NCBI GenBank assembly: GCA_963733635.1
Contig: CAVTEH010000003.1
Span: forward strand, 352,574 to 416,573
DNA length: 64,000 nucleotides
DNA from: an uncultured Actinomycetota bacterium
Lineage (GTDB): Bacteria; Actinomycetota; UBA4738; HRBIN12
Direction: 5' to 3'
The notes under the pieces are model-generated. The model did no database searches. It was not told where the DNA came from and saw only the letters and a program-made list of their open reading frames with translations. Positions 40,803 through 49,818 of this stretch are shown piece by piece (within the stretch, counting starts at the first letter, position 1; each line of letters begins with the position of its first letter). The translations under genes and the position numbers were made by a program.

Positions 40803-42020
40803 AGTGTCGACGTCTCGATCGAGCCCATCACCGGCTGGCGCCTGTGGGGCCTGTCGACGAACCCGCCCGGCGCGCCGGTGCTGCTGCCCGTGGGCGCCGG
40901 GCTCGGCGAGTGGCCGGGGCGCAGGCGTTTCAAGGCTCGATGCACCGGCGACGGTCGGTTCGGACGCCGTCCGCTCGCCGACGAGCAGCACCTGAGTCCG
41001 TCGTTCGCGTGCACATGCGGCATCTACGCGAGCGCTTCGCTACACGATCTCATGTCGTCGACCCGAGCGCTCCCCGCCCTGAGCGTCGTCGGCACGGTCT
41101 CGATGTGGGGACGGACGATCGAGCATGAGCGCGGGTGGCGGTCGGAATACGCATATCCGGCGCGGCTCACCCTCGTCTGCGCCGAGTGCGTCCGATCCGG
41201 GTCGGGCGAGGGGAGGCCTGCCGCGCTCGCACTCGGCTTACACGGACGAAGCGCGAGCGGGCTCGTCGCGGTCTGTTCGGACCACAGCGGCATCGTCGCC
41301 GAGGAGGAGTCGTTCTCGCTGTTCGATCCGCAGGAGGTGCAAGGCCTGCTGCTCGACCGCTATGCAGTCGATCCCTTGCCGTTCGACGCCGTGCGTGACT
41401 TGTTCGAGCGGCCTCGCTCGTCCACTCCGCTGGCCCACCGAACCACGGCCGCAGCGGCGTCCGTCCGGCCGATCCGAGTGGCGATCCCACCTCCGCGTGC
41501 CCCGACCCCGACCCGGTCGCCCATCGCGCCGACGAGACAGCTGGGCCGCCCGAGCATCCCGCGACGCGTGGCGCGGAGGATCGGCAGGGTTATGTCGCTC
41601 ACGTTCAGCGCCTCACTTTTCATCGCGTTGTGCGTCTGGTCGCTGCAGTCGTGCGTTGTCACGGTGCCCGACTCCGATGCGGCGACGTCGTCGCCCGCGA
41701 TGGTCGTGGGATCGCCGGAGGTCACGCGGCCTTCGGCCGATGTGGCGGCCCGTCGGTCCCCCGATCGACAGGTGAGCGAGTTCCCCGACTTCGAGTTCGT
41801 CTGTGGCATCCCGCACGGCGGGTGGGTCGAACTCGTGTCGTGTTCGAGGCCGGCGAGACTGTTCGGGTTCGCCTCGTCGCCGCCCGATACAGATTGCCTC
41901 CGAGGCGACGTCGCGATGACCCGTCGGCACAACTACTCCATCTGCTGGCATTCCTTTGCTGGCCGGGTGGACCTCGTGCCACACCCCGCTGCCGCCGACC
42001 CATTCGAGGACGAGCGTTGA
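40800..42020 (+). CDS. Uncharacterized protein with conserved Cys-rich domain (paralog of the 45066-45585 domain), single internal TM helix, Cys-containing C-terminal region
   Basis: Intact 406-aa ORF from GTG. IEPITGWRLWGL...ARC...CTCGIYASAS...VVGTVSMWGRTIEHERGWRSEYAYPARLTLVCAEC...LLDRYAVDPLPFDAV. TM LTFSASLFIALCVWSLQSCVV. Confidence 0.6.
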   Translation: MSVDVSIEPITGWRLWGLSTNPPGAPVLLPVGAGLGEWPGRRRFKARCTGDGRFGRRPLADEQHLSPSFACTCGIYASASLHDLMSSTRALPALSVVGTVSMWGRTIEHERGWRSEYAYPARLTLVCAECVRSGSGEGRPAALALGLHGRSASGLVAVCSDHSGIVAEEESFSLFDPQEVQGLLLDRYAVDPLPFDAVRDLFERPRSSTPLAHRTTAAAASVRPIRVAIPPPRAPTPTRSPIAPTRQLGRPSIPRRVARRIGRVMSLTFSASLFIALCVWSLQSCVVTVPDSDAATSSPAMVVGSPEVTRPSADVAARRSPDRQVSEFPDFEFVCGIPHGGWVELVSCSRPARLFGFASSPPDTDCLRGDVAMTRRHNYSICWHSFAGRVDLVPHPAAADPFEDER

Positions 42021-42177
42021 GCAGGTTCGTGCGCGATGTGTGCGGCTGGAACGCGGCGACGGCGTGGCGGACCGGCGCATCTCTGGCGCAGTGCTCCCTG
42101 CAGGGATGCGTGTCACACCCACTCGATAGTATCTCCGGTGGGACCACTCGGTCGCCCCGCCCGCGTCGACGGAAGGG

Positions 42178-42617
42178 TGATCCAGTTGGAACCGCTTCGA
42201 GACCGATGCTTCGTGTGTCGCGAGCTGCTGGCCGTTCAGATCGTGGTGGATGAGGAGGGCTTCCCCGCGGGCCACCCCAAGCATGGTTTCGCCTTCTACC
42301 ACATCTGGATCGGGCGCTGCCCGATGGGGCATATGCAGGGGGAGCGATACGACCACGACTGCTTCAAGCCATGGGATCCCGATGAGCCGCCCGACGGCAA
42401 GGCGTGGTGCTCGTTCGATCCCGCCGAGTCCGAGGCACTGATCGCTTTGCTCCAGTCTCGCTGTGGTCGGTTGCTCGATGGCTCCTGCTCATGCTCCACG
42501 CACGAGGCGCTTCGGGCCGCGTTCCACGGTTTGCCGTATCGAACGGAAGGGTCGATCCCCGTCTCGCTCCGTATCCACGAGATCTATCCTCCCCGGATCT
42601 CCCTCGAACCCCGCTGA
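42178..42617 (+). CDS. Small Cys/His-rich hypothetical protein
   Basis: GTG after GGAAGG. CFVCRELL...GRCPMGH...DCFKPW...WCSFDP...SRCGRLLDGSCSCSTHEAL. Confidence 0.45.
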
Positions 42618-42633
42618 GCACTACGTCGGGAGC

Positions 42634-42984
42634 TCAGCAGGTCACATGCAGGATCGCGTTGGTGTCGTCGGGCGCTCGTTCCAGCTCCTCGATCGCCTGG
42701 GACGTCGGGAGGATCACCAGCTCGACACCCCTTCGCGTCGCTTCCTCGGCGACGTCCTCCATCACGGGCAAGGCCCCGGCGGCTCCGCTGCCGACGACCA
42801 GGCGATGACAGCTCCACGGGATGTCCTCCGCTGCGGAGAGGGGAGTGTGACCGTACCCCGATCGAAGTGACTTGGAAGGCCCCTTCCGGCGCTTCCGGAT
42901 GCGGCCCCCGTCGATCACGAGGTCATGCTCGTACGTCGTCCCCTCGACTTCGATGGATCCGAAGGCGAACCGCCCGAATTGCAT
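42634..42984 (-). CDS. Mth938-like domain protein (DUF498 family)
   Basis: MQFGRFAFGSIEVEGTTYEHDLVIDGG...LVVGSGAAGALPVMEDVAEEATRRGVELVILPTSQAIEELERAPDDTNAILHVTC. Confidence 0.6.
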   Translation of the reverse strand: MQFGRFAFGSIEVEGTTYEHDLVIDGGRIRKRRKGPSKSLRSGYGHTPLSAAEDIPWSCHRLVVGSGAAGALPVMEDVAEEATRRGVELVILPTSQAIEELERAPDDTNAILHVTC

Positions 42985-43028
42985 CTCGATGACGATCCTA
43001 CGCCTCCGCACCAGGCCGACGGGGGCCT

Positions 43029-43065
43029 GTTCCACTATCTGGAACTGAGTTCCACTATCTGGAAC
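43029..43065. promoter_or_regulatory. Two tandem copies of a palindromic operator GTTCCA-CTATC-TGGAAC separated by TGA
   Basis: Read directly: GTTCCACTATCTGGAAC TGA GTTCCACTATCTGGAAC. It lies in the divergent intergenic region between the Mth938-like and PPOX-like genes. Confidence 0.5.
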
Positions 43066-43134
43066 ACGTGGCCAGAAGCCCACTGGTTCGCAGTCCGGTC
43101 GGCGGTACCGACGCGGCGGTAGGCTACGTCCCTC

Positions 43135-43610
43135 GTGGCCACCTGGGCCGAGTTCGCGAACGCCGAGCCGGATCTGGCCGCCTTCGCCCGGGAGCGGATG
43201 GAGGGTCGGATCGTGTACCAGGCGACGCTCCGGCTCGACGGCGGGCCGCGCGTGCACCCGGTCTCTCCTTGGCTCGGGGCCGGGCTGCTGTGCGTCTCGT
43301 TCCGCGACACGAGCCCGAAGATGCACGAGGTGGCGCGCGACGCGCGCTACGCGTTGCACACCGCGCAGCCGTGGGAGGATCACGCCGGCGAGTACGGCGA
43401 GTTCATGGTGCGCGGATGGCTCGAACAGATCTCTCCGTCACACCCGGCGGTGACGGCGCGCCCCGGCCAGACGCCCTACGGGCTCGTCCACTACGCGTGC
43501 TCGATCGAGGAGGCGGTGGCGACGGAGTACTCCGACGACGAGATGCCCGTCTATCGACGGTGGAAGTCATCCCCGCGACACGACGGGGGGTGGACATCAG
43601 ATGTCCTGAG
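43135..43610 (+). CDS. Pyridoxamine-5'-phosphate-oxidase-like (PPOX/F420-class split-barrel) protein; stop probably masked by an indel in a G6 run (43585-43590)
   Basis: MATWAEFANAEPDLAAFARERMEGRIVYQATLRLDGGPRVHPVSPW...FMVRGWLEQI. The +1 frame after the G-run reaches a stop at about 43608. Otherwise the ORF overruns vapB. Confidence 0.55.
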
Positions 43611-43627
43611 AGCTAGCATCATGCATC

Positions 43628-43858
43628 ATGCCTCGGACGACGATCGACATCGATGCCCAGGTGCTGCGCGATCTCAAGGATCGGCAGGCGCGAGAGGGCA
43701 AGAGCCTCGGCCAGCTCGTGTCCGAGTTGGTCGCCGCAGGTCTTCGGGATGAGCCTGAGCCGCCGACCGAGCCCTTCACCTGGACGACGGCGAAGATGCG
43801 CGCACGCGTCGACCTCACCGACAAGGACGCTGTGTACCGCGCGCTCGACGAGCGATGA
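43628..43858 (+). CDS. vapB: VapB-type antitoxin
   Basis: MPRTTIDIDAQVLRDLKDRQAREGKSLGQLVSELV; 4-nt overlap with vapC. Confidence 0.7.
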   Translation: MPRTTIDIDAQVLRDLKDRQAREGKSLGQLVSELVAAGLRDEPEPPTEPFTWTTAKMRARVDLTDKDAVYRALDER

Positions 43859-44289
43859 GCGCAACGCTCGACGCGAACCTGCTGTTGTTCGCCTCCGACG
43901 AGTCGAGCCCGTTCCACGAACGGTCGAGCGCCTTCCTGGTTGGCGTCGCCGAAGGGCCCGAGATCGTCTACCTCTTCTGGCCGGTGCTCATGGCGTACCT
44001 GCGGATCGCGACACACGCCGGCATCTTCAAGTCCCCACTCGCTGCCGACGAAGCGATGGCGAACGTCGGATCTCTGTTGGCCCTGCCGCACGTGCAGAGC
44101 CCCGGTGAACAGGAGCGCTTCTGGCCGGCGTTTCGAACCGTTGCCGACGAGGCGACGGTGCGCGGCAACCTGGTCCCCGACGCGCACCTCGTGGCGCTGA
44201 TGCGGCAGAACGACGTTCCGACGATCTTCACCCACGATCGCGACTTCCGCCGTTTCGACGGCATCGAGGTGCGAGACCCGCTCGCCTGA
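43855..44289 (+). CDS. vapC: VapC PIN-domain toxin
   Basis: LDANLLLFASDESSPFHERS...FWPVLMAYLRIATH...LVPDAHLVALMRQNDVPTIFTHDRDFRRF. Confidence 0.75.
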   Translation: MSATLDANLLLFASDESSPFHERSSAFLVGVAEGPEIVYLFWPVLMAYLRIATHAGIFKSPLAADEAMANVGSLLALPHVQSPGEQERFWPAFRTVADEATVRGNLVPDAHLVALMRQNDVPTIFTHDRDFRRFDGIEVRDPLA

Positions 44290-44305
44290 ACCTTGTCCGT
44301 TCGGC

Positions 44306-45776
44306 GTGTCGGTGCCAGCCCGTAGTCTAGATGGTGCAGTCGCTCCACCCCCCTCGCGCGGCCCGCCGTGCGGAAAGGAGCTCCCCCTGGCTGCCGGTGA
44401 TTTGCCCCATCGACCGATCGTATGGCTCGACTCGGGGGCCCTGTGGGGCCTCGAGATCGAAGCCGATGCCGATGCCGATGGCTCGCTGCTCGAGCGAACC
44501 ATCCTCGGGGCACACTCGCTTCGGGCGGCCGTGGGGAACGCGCCGATCGTCTCGTTGGACGTTGCTCCAGCCTTGCTCGAACAGCCAGGGTTCCCACTCG
44601 AGGTCTCACGCATGCTTCGCAACCGCGCCGCTCGACCCCTCGGCGCTCATGCTCGAGCTGAACGAACGGACCCGCATCGACGATCTCGACACCGTGATCG
44701 AACAGATGCAGCAGCTCCGGGATCTGGGTGTGCGGCTGGCGGTCGACAACTTCGGCGAGGGGTTCGCGTCTCTCCAGTACGTGCGCCAACTGCCGGTCGA
44801 CGTCGTCAAGGTTGCGCCGTCGTTCGTGGCCGGAGTGTGCGGAGGGGGCGAGGCTGCCGCGCTTGTGTCGGCCACGCTCGAGCTGGCCTCGATCCTGGAA
44901 CTCGAGGCGATCGCGACCGGTATCGAGACCCCGGCGCAGGCTGAGGCCCTCCGCGGGATGGGATGCAGGCTCGGCCAAGGGCCGCTGTTCTTGCACGCCG
45001 CTGAGCCTGTGCGCTCAACGCGATCGAGGCCCGCCGCGCAGCCGAGGCCTGTCGAGCCGCCCCTCTCGATCGAGCCCGTGCTGGGTTGGCGGGTTTGGCG
45101 CCTGTATGAGAGCGATGCAAACGTCAGCCTCGGTTCGATGACGCGGCAGGACTTGTGGCCGCCGGGTGAACCGTTCCGTGCCCGCTGTTCCTTGGCCTCC
45201 CACGCCGGCCGCGTCCCTTCGGAGTCGTGTGGTTGCGGCATCTACGCGGCATCGACGCCCGAGGCGTTGGCGCGAGCTGCCGTGCTGTCCGGTTCGGTCG
45301 GCGTCGTGGGCGCCATCGCGATGTGGGGGACGGTGATCGAACACGATCGCGGCGCCCGGGCGCAGCTGGCCTACCCGGCGCGACTTCGGCTGGTCTGCTC
45401 CGTGTGTCTGGGCGAGGGTCGCGGCGCAGTTGACCCGTCGGTCGTGGTCGGATCGAGCACATCGCTGTCTCCACTCTGTTCCCGACATGCGATCGGTCAC
45501 GTTGGCCCGAGGAAACCGGCGGCCGACGTGCAGGCGGACTTGCTCTCGAGCTACGCGGTCGATCTGTTGCCGATCGAGCACGTATCGACCGCGCTGAGGT
45601 TTCCGACACTGCGGCGCGATCCGCGCGAGGTGGCTGATCAGGTCGCCGAGGCCGCCGTCGAGACCCTGAAGTTCGTCCTCAACGCGTTGCTGTTCCTCTG
45701 GACGATCTCCGGCTTCCTGTTCCTGGCCTTCTGGATCGTCGCGATACTCGCCGGCATGTTCCTTCCAGACAGCTAA
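44306..45776 (+). CDS. EAL-domain (c-di-GMP phosphodiesterase-like) protein fused to the conserved Cys-rich domain and a C-terminal TM anchor; one frameshift in the EAL domain about 44630
   Basis: EAL N-half HRPIVWLDSGALWGLEIE...LELNERT, and C-half GVRLAVDNFGEGFASLQYVRQLPVDVVKVAPSFV...GCRLGQGPLF. Then IEPVLGWRVWRL...ARC...CGCGIYAAS...VVGAIAMWGTVIEHDRGARAQLAYPARLRLVCSVC...LLSSYAVDLLPIEHV. Tail FVLNALLFLWTISGFLFLAFWIVAILAGMF. Confidence 0.6.
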
Positions 45777-45803
45777 CGAGGTGTTCAGGATTCGCTTCCG
45801 GTT

Positions 45804-45821
45804 GAGACAGTGGTCGGTCTC
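45804..45821. terminator. Short hairpin GAGAC-N8-GTCTC between convergent genes
   Basis: Read directly; lies between the + gene end (45776) and the TetR gene end (45871). Weak. Confidence 0.2.
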
Positions 45822-45870
45822 TCACCACAACGCGTGCATCAGATCAGTCGAGAGATCGATTCAGCTGAGA

Positions 45871-46611
45871 TCACGAGTTCCGACGCTCGATGAACGCCTC
45901 GACGCCGTCGAGCACCCTGGCCAGGCCGAACTCGAACGAGGCAAGCGCCTCAGCCAGGAAGTAGCCGCGTTCGTCGTTCGCCTGGTCCCACGCTCGCGAC
46001 ATCTCCGGACCCGAGAGCGTTGGGAAGCGAACCGGATCCCAGATCGTCTCGAGGACCGTCCCCACGCCGGCCCACCATTCCTCGTCGTCCATCGTGCCGG
46101 CATTCGGCGGGGTCCTCGCCTCGACGGCGAACCGTGCGGCGCCGCGCACGTATGACGAGATCAGGGTGAGCACCTCGGCCATCTCCTTTCCGGTCAGGCC
46201 GATGCCCGCGATCGCGGCCGCGGCTCGCTCGTAGGAGTCCAGGATGTTCGGTCCCAGGGGCACCCGCGTCCAGGGCACGTCCCCCATCCATCGATGTTGC
46301 TGATACAGGTCCCATTGGGCTCGCGCGATCGTCTCGAGCCGCTCGCGCCAGGTTGAGTGTTCCGGGAGCGAGACGTCGTGCTCGCCGATCACCCGGTCGT
46401 ACATCAGGTCGAGCAGGTCGCTCTTCGCCGGCACGTAGGTGTACAGGGTCATCGCGCCGACGCCCAGTCGCTCCGCGACGCGTCGCATCGAGATCGCGGC
46501 GAACCCCTCCTCATCCGCGAGCTCGATCGCGGCCGTCACGATCTCGTCGGTCGTGAGCCGCTGCTTGGGCCCGCGCTTGGGCGTTCGCTCGATGCGCCAG
46601 AGCAGGCGCAT
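45871..46611 (-). CDS. TetR/AcrR-family transcriptional regulator
   Basis: LTTDEIVTAAIELADEEGFAAISMRRVAERLGVGAMTLYTYV. Confidence 0.8.
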   Translation of the reverse strand: MRLLWRIERTPKRGPKQRLTTDEIVTAAIELADEEGFAAISMRRVAERLGVGAMTLYTYVPAKSDLLDLMYDRVIGEHDVSLPEHSTWRERLETIARAQWDLYQQHRWMGDVPWTRVPLGPNILDSYERAAAAIAGIGLTGKEMAEVLTLISSYVRGAARFAVEARTPPNAGTMDDEEWWAGVGTVLETIWDPVRFPTLSGPEMSRAWDQANDERGYFLAEALASFEFGLARVLDGVEAFIERRNS

Positions 46612-46739
46612 GCTCCGGCCCGGATCGATGCCCTCACGGTCACGTCGCTTGCCCGTCGTGTGCCCCCTTGACAACTCCGTACACCGTACCGTAACCTCGC
46701 TCGCACCGGAACTCCGTACGCCGTAGAGAGTAGAGGACG

Positions 46740-47682
46740 ATGACCGGAACCGACACCGTGGTCCAGGTCGAAGGGCTCCGGATGCGCTACGGAACCGTCG
46801 ATGTGCTCGACGGGGTCGCGTTCGGCGTGAGAGCCGGCGAGGTCGTCACGCTCCTGGGACCCAACGGCGCCGGCAAGACCACAACGATCGAGATCCTCGA
46901 AGGGTTCCGGGTGCGATCCGACGGTGAGGTCCGGTGCTCGGGGTCGATCCCGTCCAGGCCGACGAGGACTGGCGCGCCAGGGTCGGCGTCGTGCTGCAGT
47001 CCTGGCGCGATCATGCGCGCTGGTCGCCACGGGCCCTGCTCACTGACCTCGCGCCGCTACTACGAGCCGTACTCCGACGCCCGAGCGCGAGCGGCCCTAC
47101 GACGTCGAGGCGTTGATCGCGATGGTCGGGCTCGAGGCGCAGGCCGACCGGAAGATCCGCACGCTCTCGGGCGGGGAGCGCCGGCGGCTCGACGTCGCCG
47201 TCGGCATCGTGGGTCGGCCCGAGCTGCTGTTCCTGGACGAGCCGACCGCGGGGTTCGACCCGAAGGCCCGGCGGGAGTTCCACGCGCTGGTCCGAAGACT
47301 CGCCGACGAGGAAGGCACCACGATCCTGCTCACGACGCACGACCTCGATGAGGCCGAGCGCCTCGCCGATCGCATCCTGATCCTCGCAGGCGGCCGGATC
47401 GTGGCCGACGGGACCGCCGACGAGCTGGCCCGCTTGGTGACCCGCGACTCCCACGTTCGGTGGCGGCGCGACGGCGAGTCGTTCGAACGCTCGACGCCGG
47501 ACGCCGTCGGGTTCGTCCGCGACCTGCTGTCGTCGGCGCCGAACGGCGAGATCACCGACCTCGACGTGCGCCGGGCCACGCTCGAGGACACCTACCTCGC
47601 GATGGTGCAGCGGCATGAGAGCGGCGACACGAGCGAGGTCGCGACCGTGTTCGGGGGAGGAGACGACGGCGATGGATCCTAG
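46740..47682 (+). CDS. ABC transporter ATP-binding protein (ABC-2 exporter type), at least 3 frameshifts
   Basis: VEGLRMRYGTVDVLDGVAFGVRAGEVVTLLGPNGAGKTTTIEILEGF / LGVDPVQADEDWRARVGVVLQSW / LSGGERRRLDVAVGIVGRPELLFLDEPTAGFDP...TILLTTHDLDEAERLADRI. Confidence 0.7.
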
Positions 47683-48526
47683 GCTGCACGCGATCCGGAG
47701 CGGGATGCGACGCGGGTGGACCGAGTTCATACTCAGCATCCGGAGCCCGCAGGACCAGGGCTTCTACCTGTTCATGGCGCTGATCACGCTGATCTACCTG
47801 TTCTTCAACCGCGCCGACCGGGTCGAGGGCACCGACCTGTACTTCCCCGCGGTGGCCCTGCCCAGCATCCTGGGCGCGATGGTCGCGTTCGGCATGGTGA
47901 TCGGTCCCGCGTACGCGCTCGCGATGGAGCGGGAGGACGGCACGTTGCTGCGCGCCAGGGCCGTGCCCAACGGGTTGATCGGCTACGTGACCGGTCAGGT
48001 CGTGGTCAGCTCGCTCGGCCTGGTGCCCTCGTTCGTCGTGATCCTGATCCCGAGCGCGCTGCTGTTCGACAACGTGATGAGCCAGGGAGCGATCGGCTGG
48101 TTCACCGTGCTGTGGGTGGTCGTGCTCGGCCTGCTCGCGACCCTGCCGATCGGCATCATGATCGGATCGCTGGTGCCGGGCGTCCAGAAGGTCGGGACCT
48201 GGGGCATGCTCCCGATCCTGGTCCTGCTGGGGATCTCCGGCATCTTCTTCCCGATCCAGGAGCTGTGGGGATGGGTGCAGGCCGTCGCGCAGGTCTTCCC
48301 GATCTACTGGCTCGGCCTCGGGATGCGCTCGGCCTTCCTGCCCGAGGCTGCCTCGGCGTTGGAGATCGGCGGGTCGTGGCGAACGCCGCAGACGGTGATG
48401 GTGCTGACGGCGTGGGCAGTCTTCGGCCTGGTGGTCGCGCCCGTGGTGCTCCGGCGCATGGTTCGCCGGCAGTCGGGGTCCCAGGTGGCGGCCGCTCAAC
48501 AGGAAGCCGTCCAGTGGGTCCGGTAA
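47672..48526 (+). CDS. ABC-2 type transporter permease
   Basis: MDPRLHAIRSGMRRGWTEFILSIRSPQDQGFYLF..., with six TM helices. Confidence 0.75.
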   Translation: MDPRLHAIRSGMRRGWTEFILSIRSPQDQGFYLFMALITLIYLFFNRADRVEGTDLYFPAVALPSILGAMVAFGMVIGPAYALAMEREDGTLLRARAVPNGLIGYVTGQVVVSSLGLVPSFVVILIPSALLFDNVMSQGAIGWFTVLWVVVLGLLATLPIGIMIGSLVPGVQKVGTWGMLPILVLLGISGIFFPIQELWGWVQAVAQVFPIYWLGLGMRSAFLPEAASALEIGGSWRTPQTVMVLTAWAVFGLVVAPVVLRRMVRRQSGSQVAAAQQEAVQWVR

Positions 48527-48589
48527 GAGGAGGGCGGTGCCATACACGAGAAAGTTGGCACGACTGAAGGAATGTGGCATCATTCGGCC

Positions 48590-48850
48590 ATGTCGGCATC
48601 ACCCATCGGCGTTCGTCTCGGGCCTCAAGGGCGGTTGGTCGTTCCGGTGGAGCTCCGACGCGAGCTGGGTCTGGAGGCCGGGAGCGAGCTCGCCATCCGG
48701 TCCGATGGGCGGCGTCTGATCCTCGAGCCACGCAGCGAGCTCCTCCGCCGGGTACGCGGCCGGTTCGCCGTCGTCCCTGACGACGTCAGCCTGACCGACG
48801 AGCTGCTCGCCGACCGCCGAGCGGAGTCTGCCCGCGAGGACGTCGAGTGA
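48590..48850 (+). CDS. AbrB/SpoVT-domain antitoxin (VapB-like)
   Basis: MSASPIGVRLGPQGRLVVPVELRRELGLEAGSELAIRSDGRRLILEP. Confidence 0.65.
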   Translation: MSASPIGVRLGPQGRLVVPVELRRELGLEAGSELAIRSDGRRLILEPRSELLRRVRGRFAVVPDDVSLTDELLADRRAESAREDVE

Positions 48851-49233
48851 CCCAACAAGGGCCGATCGTCCTCGATGCATCGGCCATGCTCGCTTTGCTT
48901 CGGGAAGAGCCGGGTGCCGACGCGGTCGAACGCGCCATGGATGGTTCGATGATGTCGTGCGTGAACCTCGCGGAAGTGCTGCAGAAGGCTGAGCAACACG
49001 CCGTGGACGTGGAAGGCTTGGAGTACGACCTCGAGGCGTTGGGAGTCAGGCTCTCCGCCTTCGACACAGCGTCCGCGCGCTCGTCGGCGGAGCTATGGAG
49101 TGCTGGACGAGGGCTCTCGCTCGGTGATCGCGCGTGTCTCGCGCTCGCTTCCTCGATCGACGGTGTCGCGCTCACCGCCGATCACCGTTGGGTCGACGCC
49201 GGGCTCGATGTGCAGGTCGAGCTGATCAGATAG
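48847..49233 (+). CDS. vapC: VapC PIN-domain toxin
   Basis: IVLDASAMLALLREEPGADAVE...CVNLAEVL...LSLGDRACLALASSIDGVALTADHRW. Confidence 0.7.
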   Translation: MTQQGPIVLDASAMLALLREEPGADAVERAMDGSMMSCVNLAEVLQKAEQHAVDVEGLEYDLEALGVRLSAFDTASARSSAELWSAGRGLSLGDRACLALASSIDGVALTADHRWVDAGLDVQVELIR

Positions 49234-49259
49234 GTGGGCGAGCGAGCCATCTCCCCCTC

Positions 49260-49676
49260 CTAGGAGGGCGGCGACCCCGCGATGTTGACCATCCAGGAGA
49301 GGCCGAAGCGATCGACGCACATGCCGAACTCGTCGCCCCACATCTGCTTCTCGAGGGGCATCGCGACCGTGCCGCCCTCGGTCAGCTTGTCCCAGTAGCC
49401 GCGGAGCTCGCCCGCATCGTCTCCGCTGAGGGAGATCGAGATGTTGTCGCCCACCGTGAGCTCGGCGCCCGGAGGCCCGTCCGACGCCATCAAGGTGAAG
49501 CCGCGCTCGGTCTCGAGCTGCGCGTGCATCGTCTTGTCGGCGATCGCGGGGTCGTCGTTCCCGTACTCCCCGAAGGTGTTGATCGTCAGGTCGCCCCCGA
49601 AGACGCCCCGGTAGAACTCCATCGCCTCGCGGGCGTTGCCATCGAAGTTGACGTACGGGTTGAGACGAGACGGCAT
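49260..49676 (-). CDS. VOC-family (glyoxalase/PhnB-like) protein
   Basis: MPSRLNPYVNFDGNAREAMEFYRGVFGG...MHAQLETERGFTLMASD...GDEFGMCVDRFGLSWMVN. Confidence 0.7.
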   Translation of the reverse strand: MPSRLNPYVNFDGNAREAMEFYRGVFGGDLTINTFGEYGNDDPAIADKTMHAQLETERGFTLMASDGPPGAELTVGDNISISLSGDDAGELRGYWDKLTEGGTVAMPLEKQMWGDEFGMCVDRFGLSWMVNIAGSPPS

Positions 49677-49818
49677 CGTGCGACCTCCCAAGTTCGATCG
49701 GCGGACCCTCCGACGCTACGGGAGCGCCGCGGCAAAGGTCAACCGACGTTCCACATGGTGGGGAGGCAATGACCGACCCAGTGGGTACGGTAGTGGTGTC
49801 GACGACGGGAGGAGGCCC

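Noticed and set aside
40800-42020. Identifying the shared Cys-rich domain with GIY-YIG nucleases because of the GIYA string
   Set aside because: The surrounding motifs (no YIG, no catalytic Arg/Glu spacing) do not match the GIY-YIG fold. Resemblance is coincidental.
43135-43752. 205-aa PPOX ORF overlapping vapB by 125 nt
   Set aside because: Expected domain length is about 150 aa. A G6 run at 43585-43590 probably hides the real stop at about 43608.
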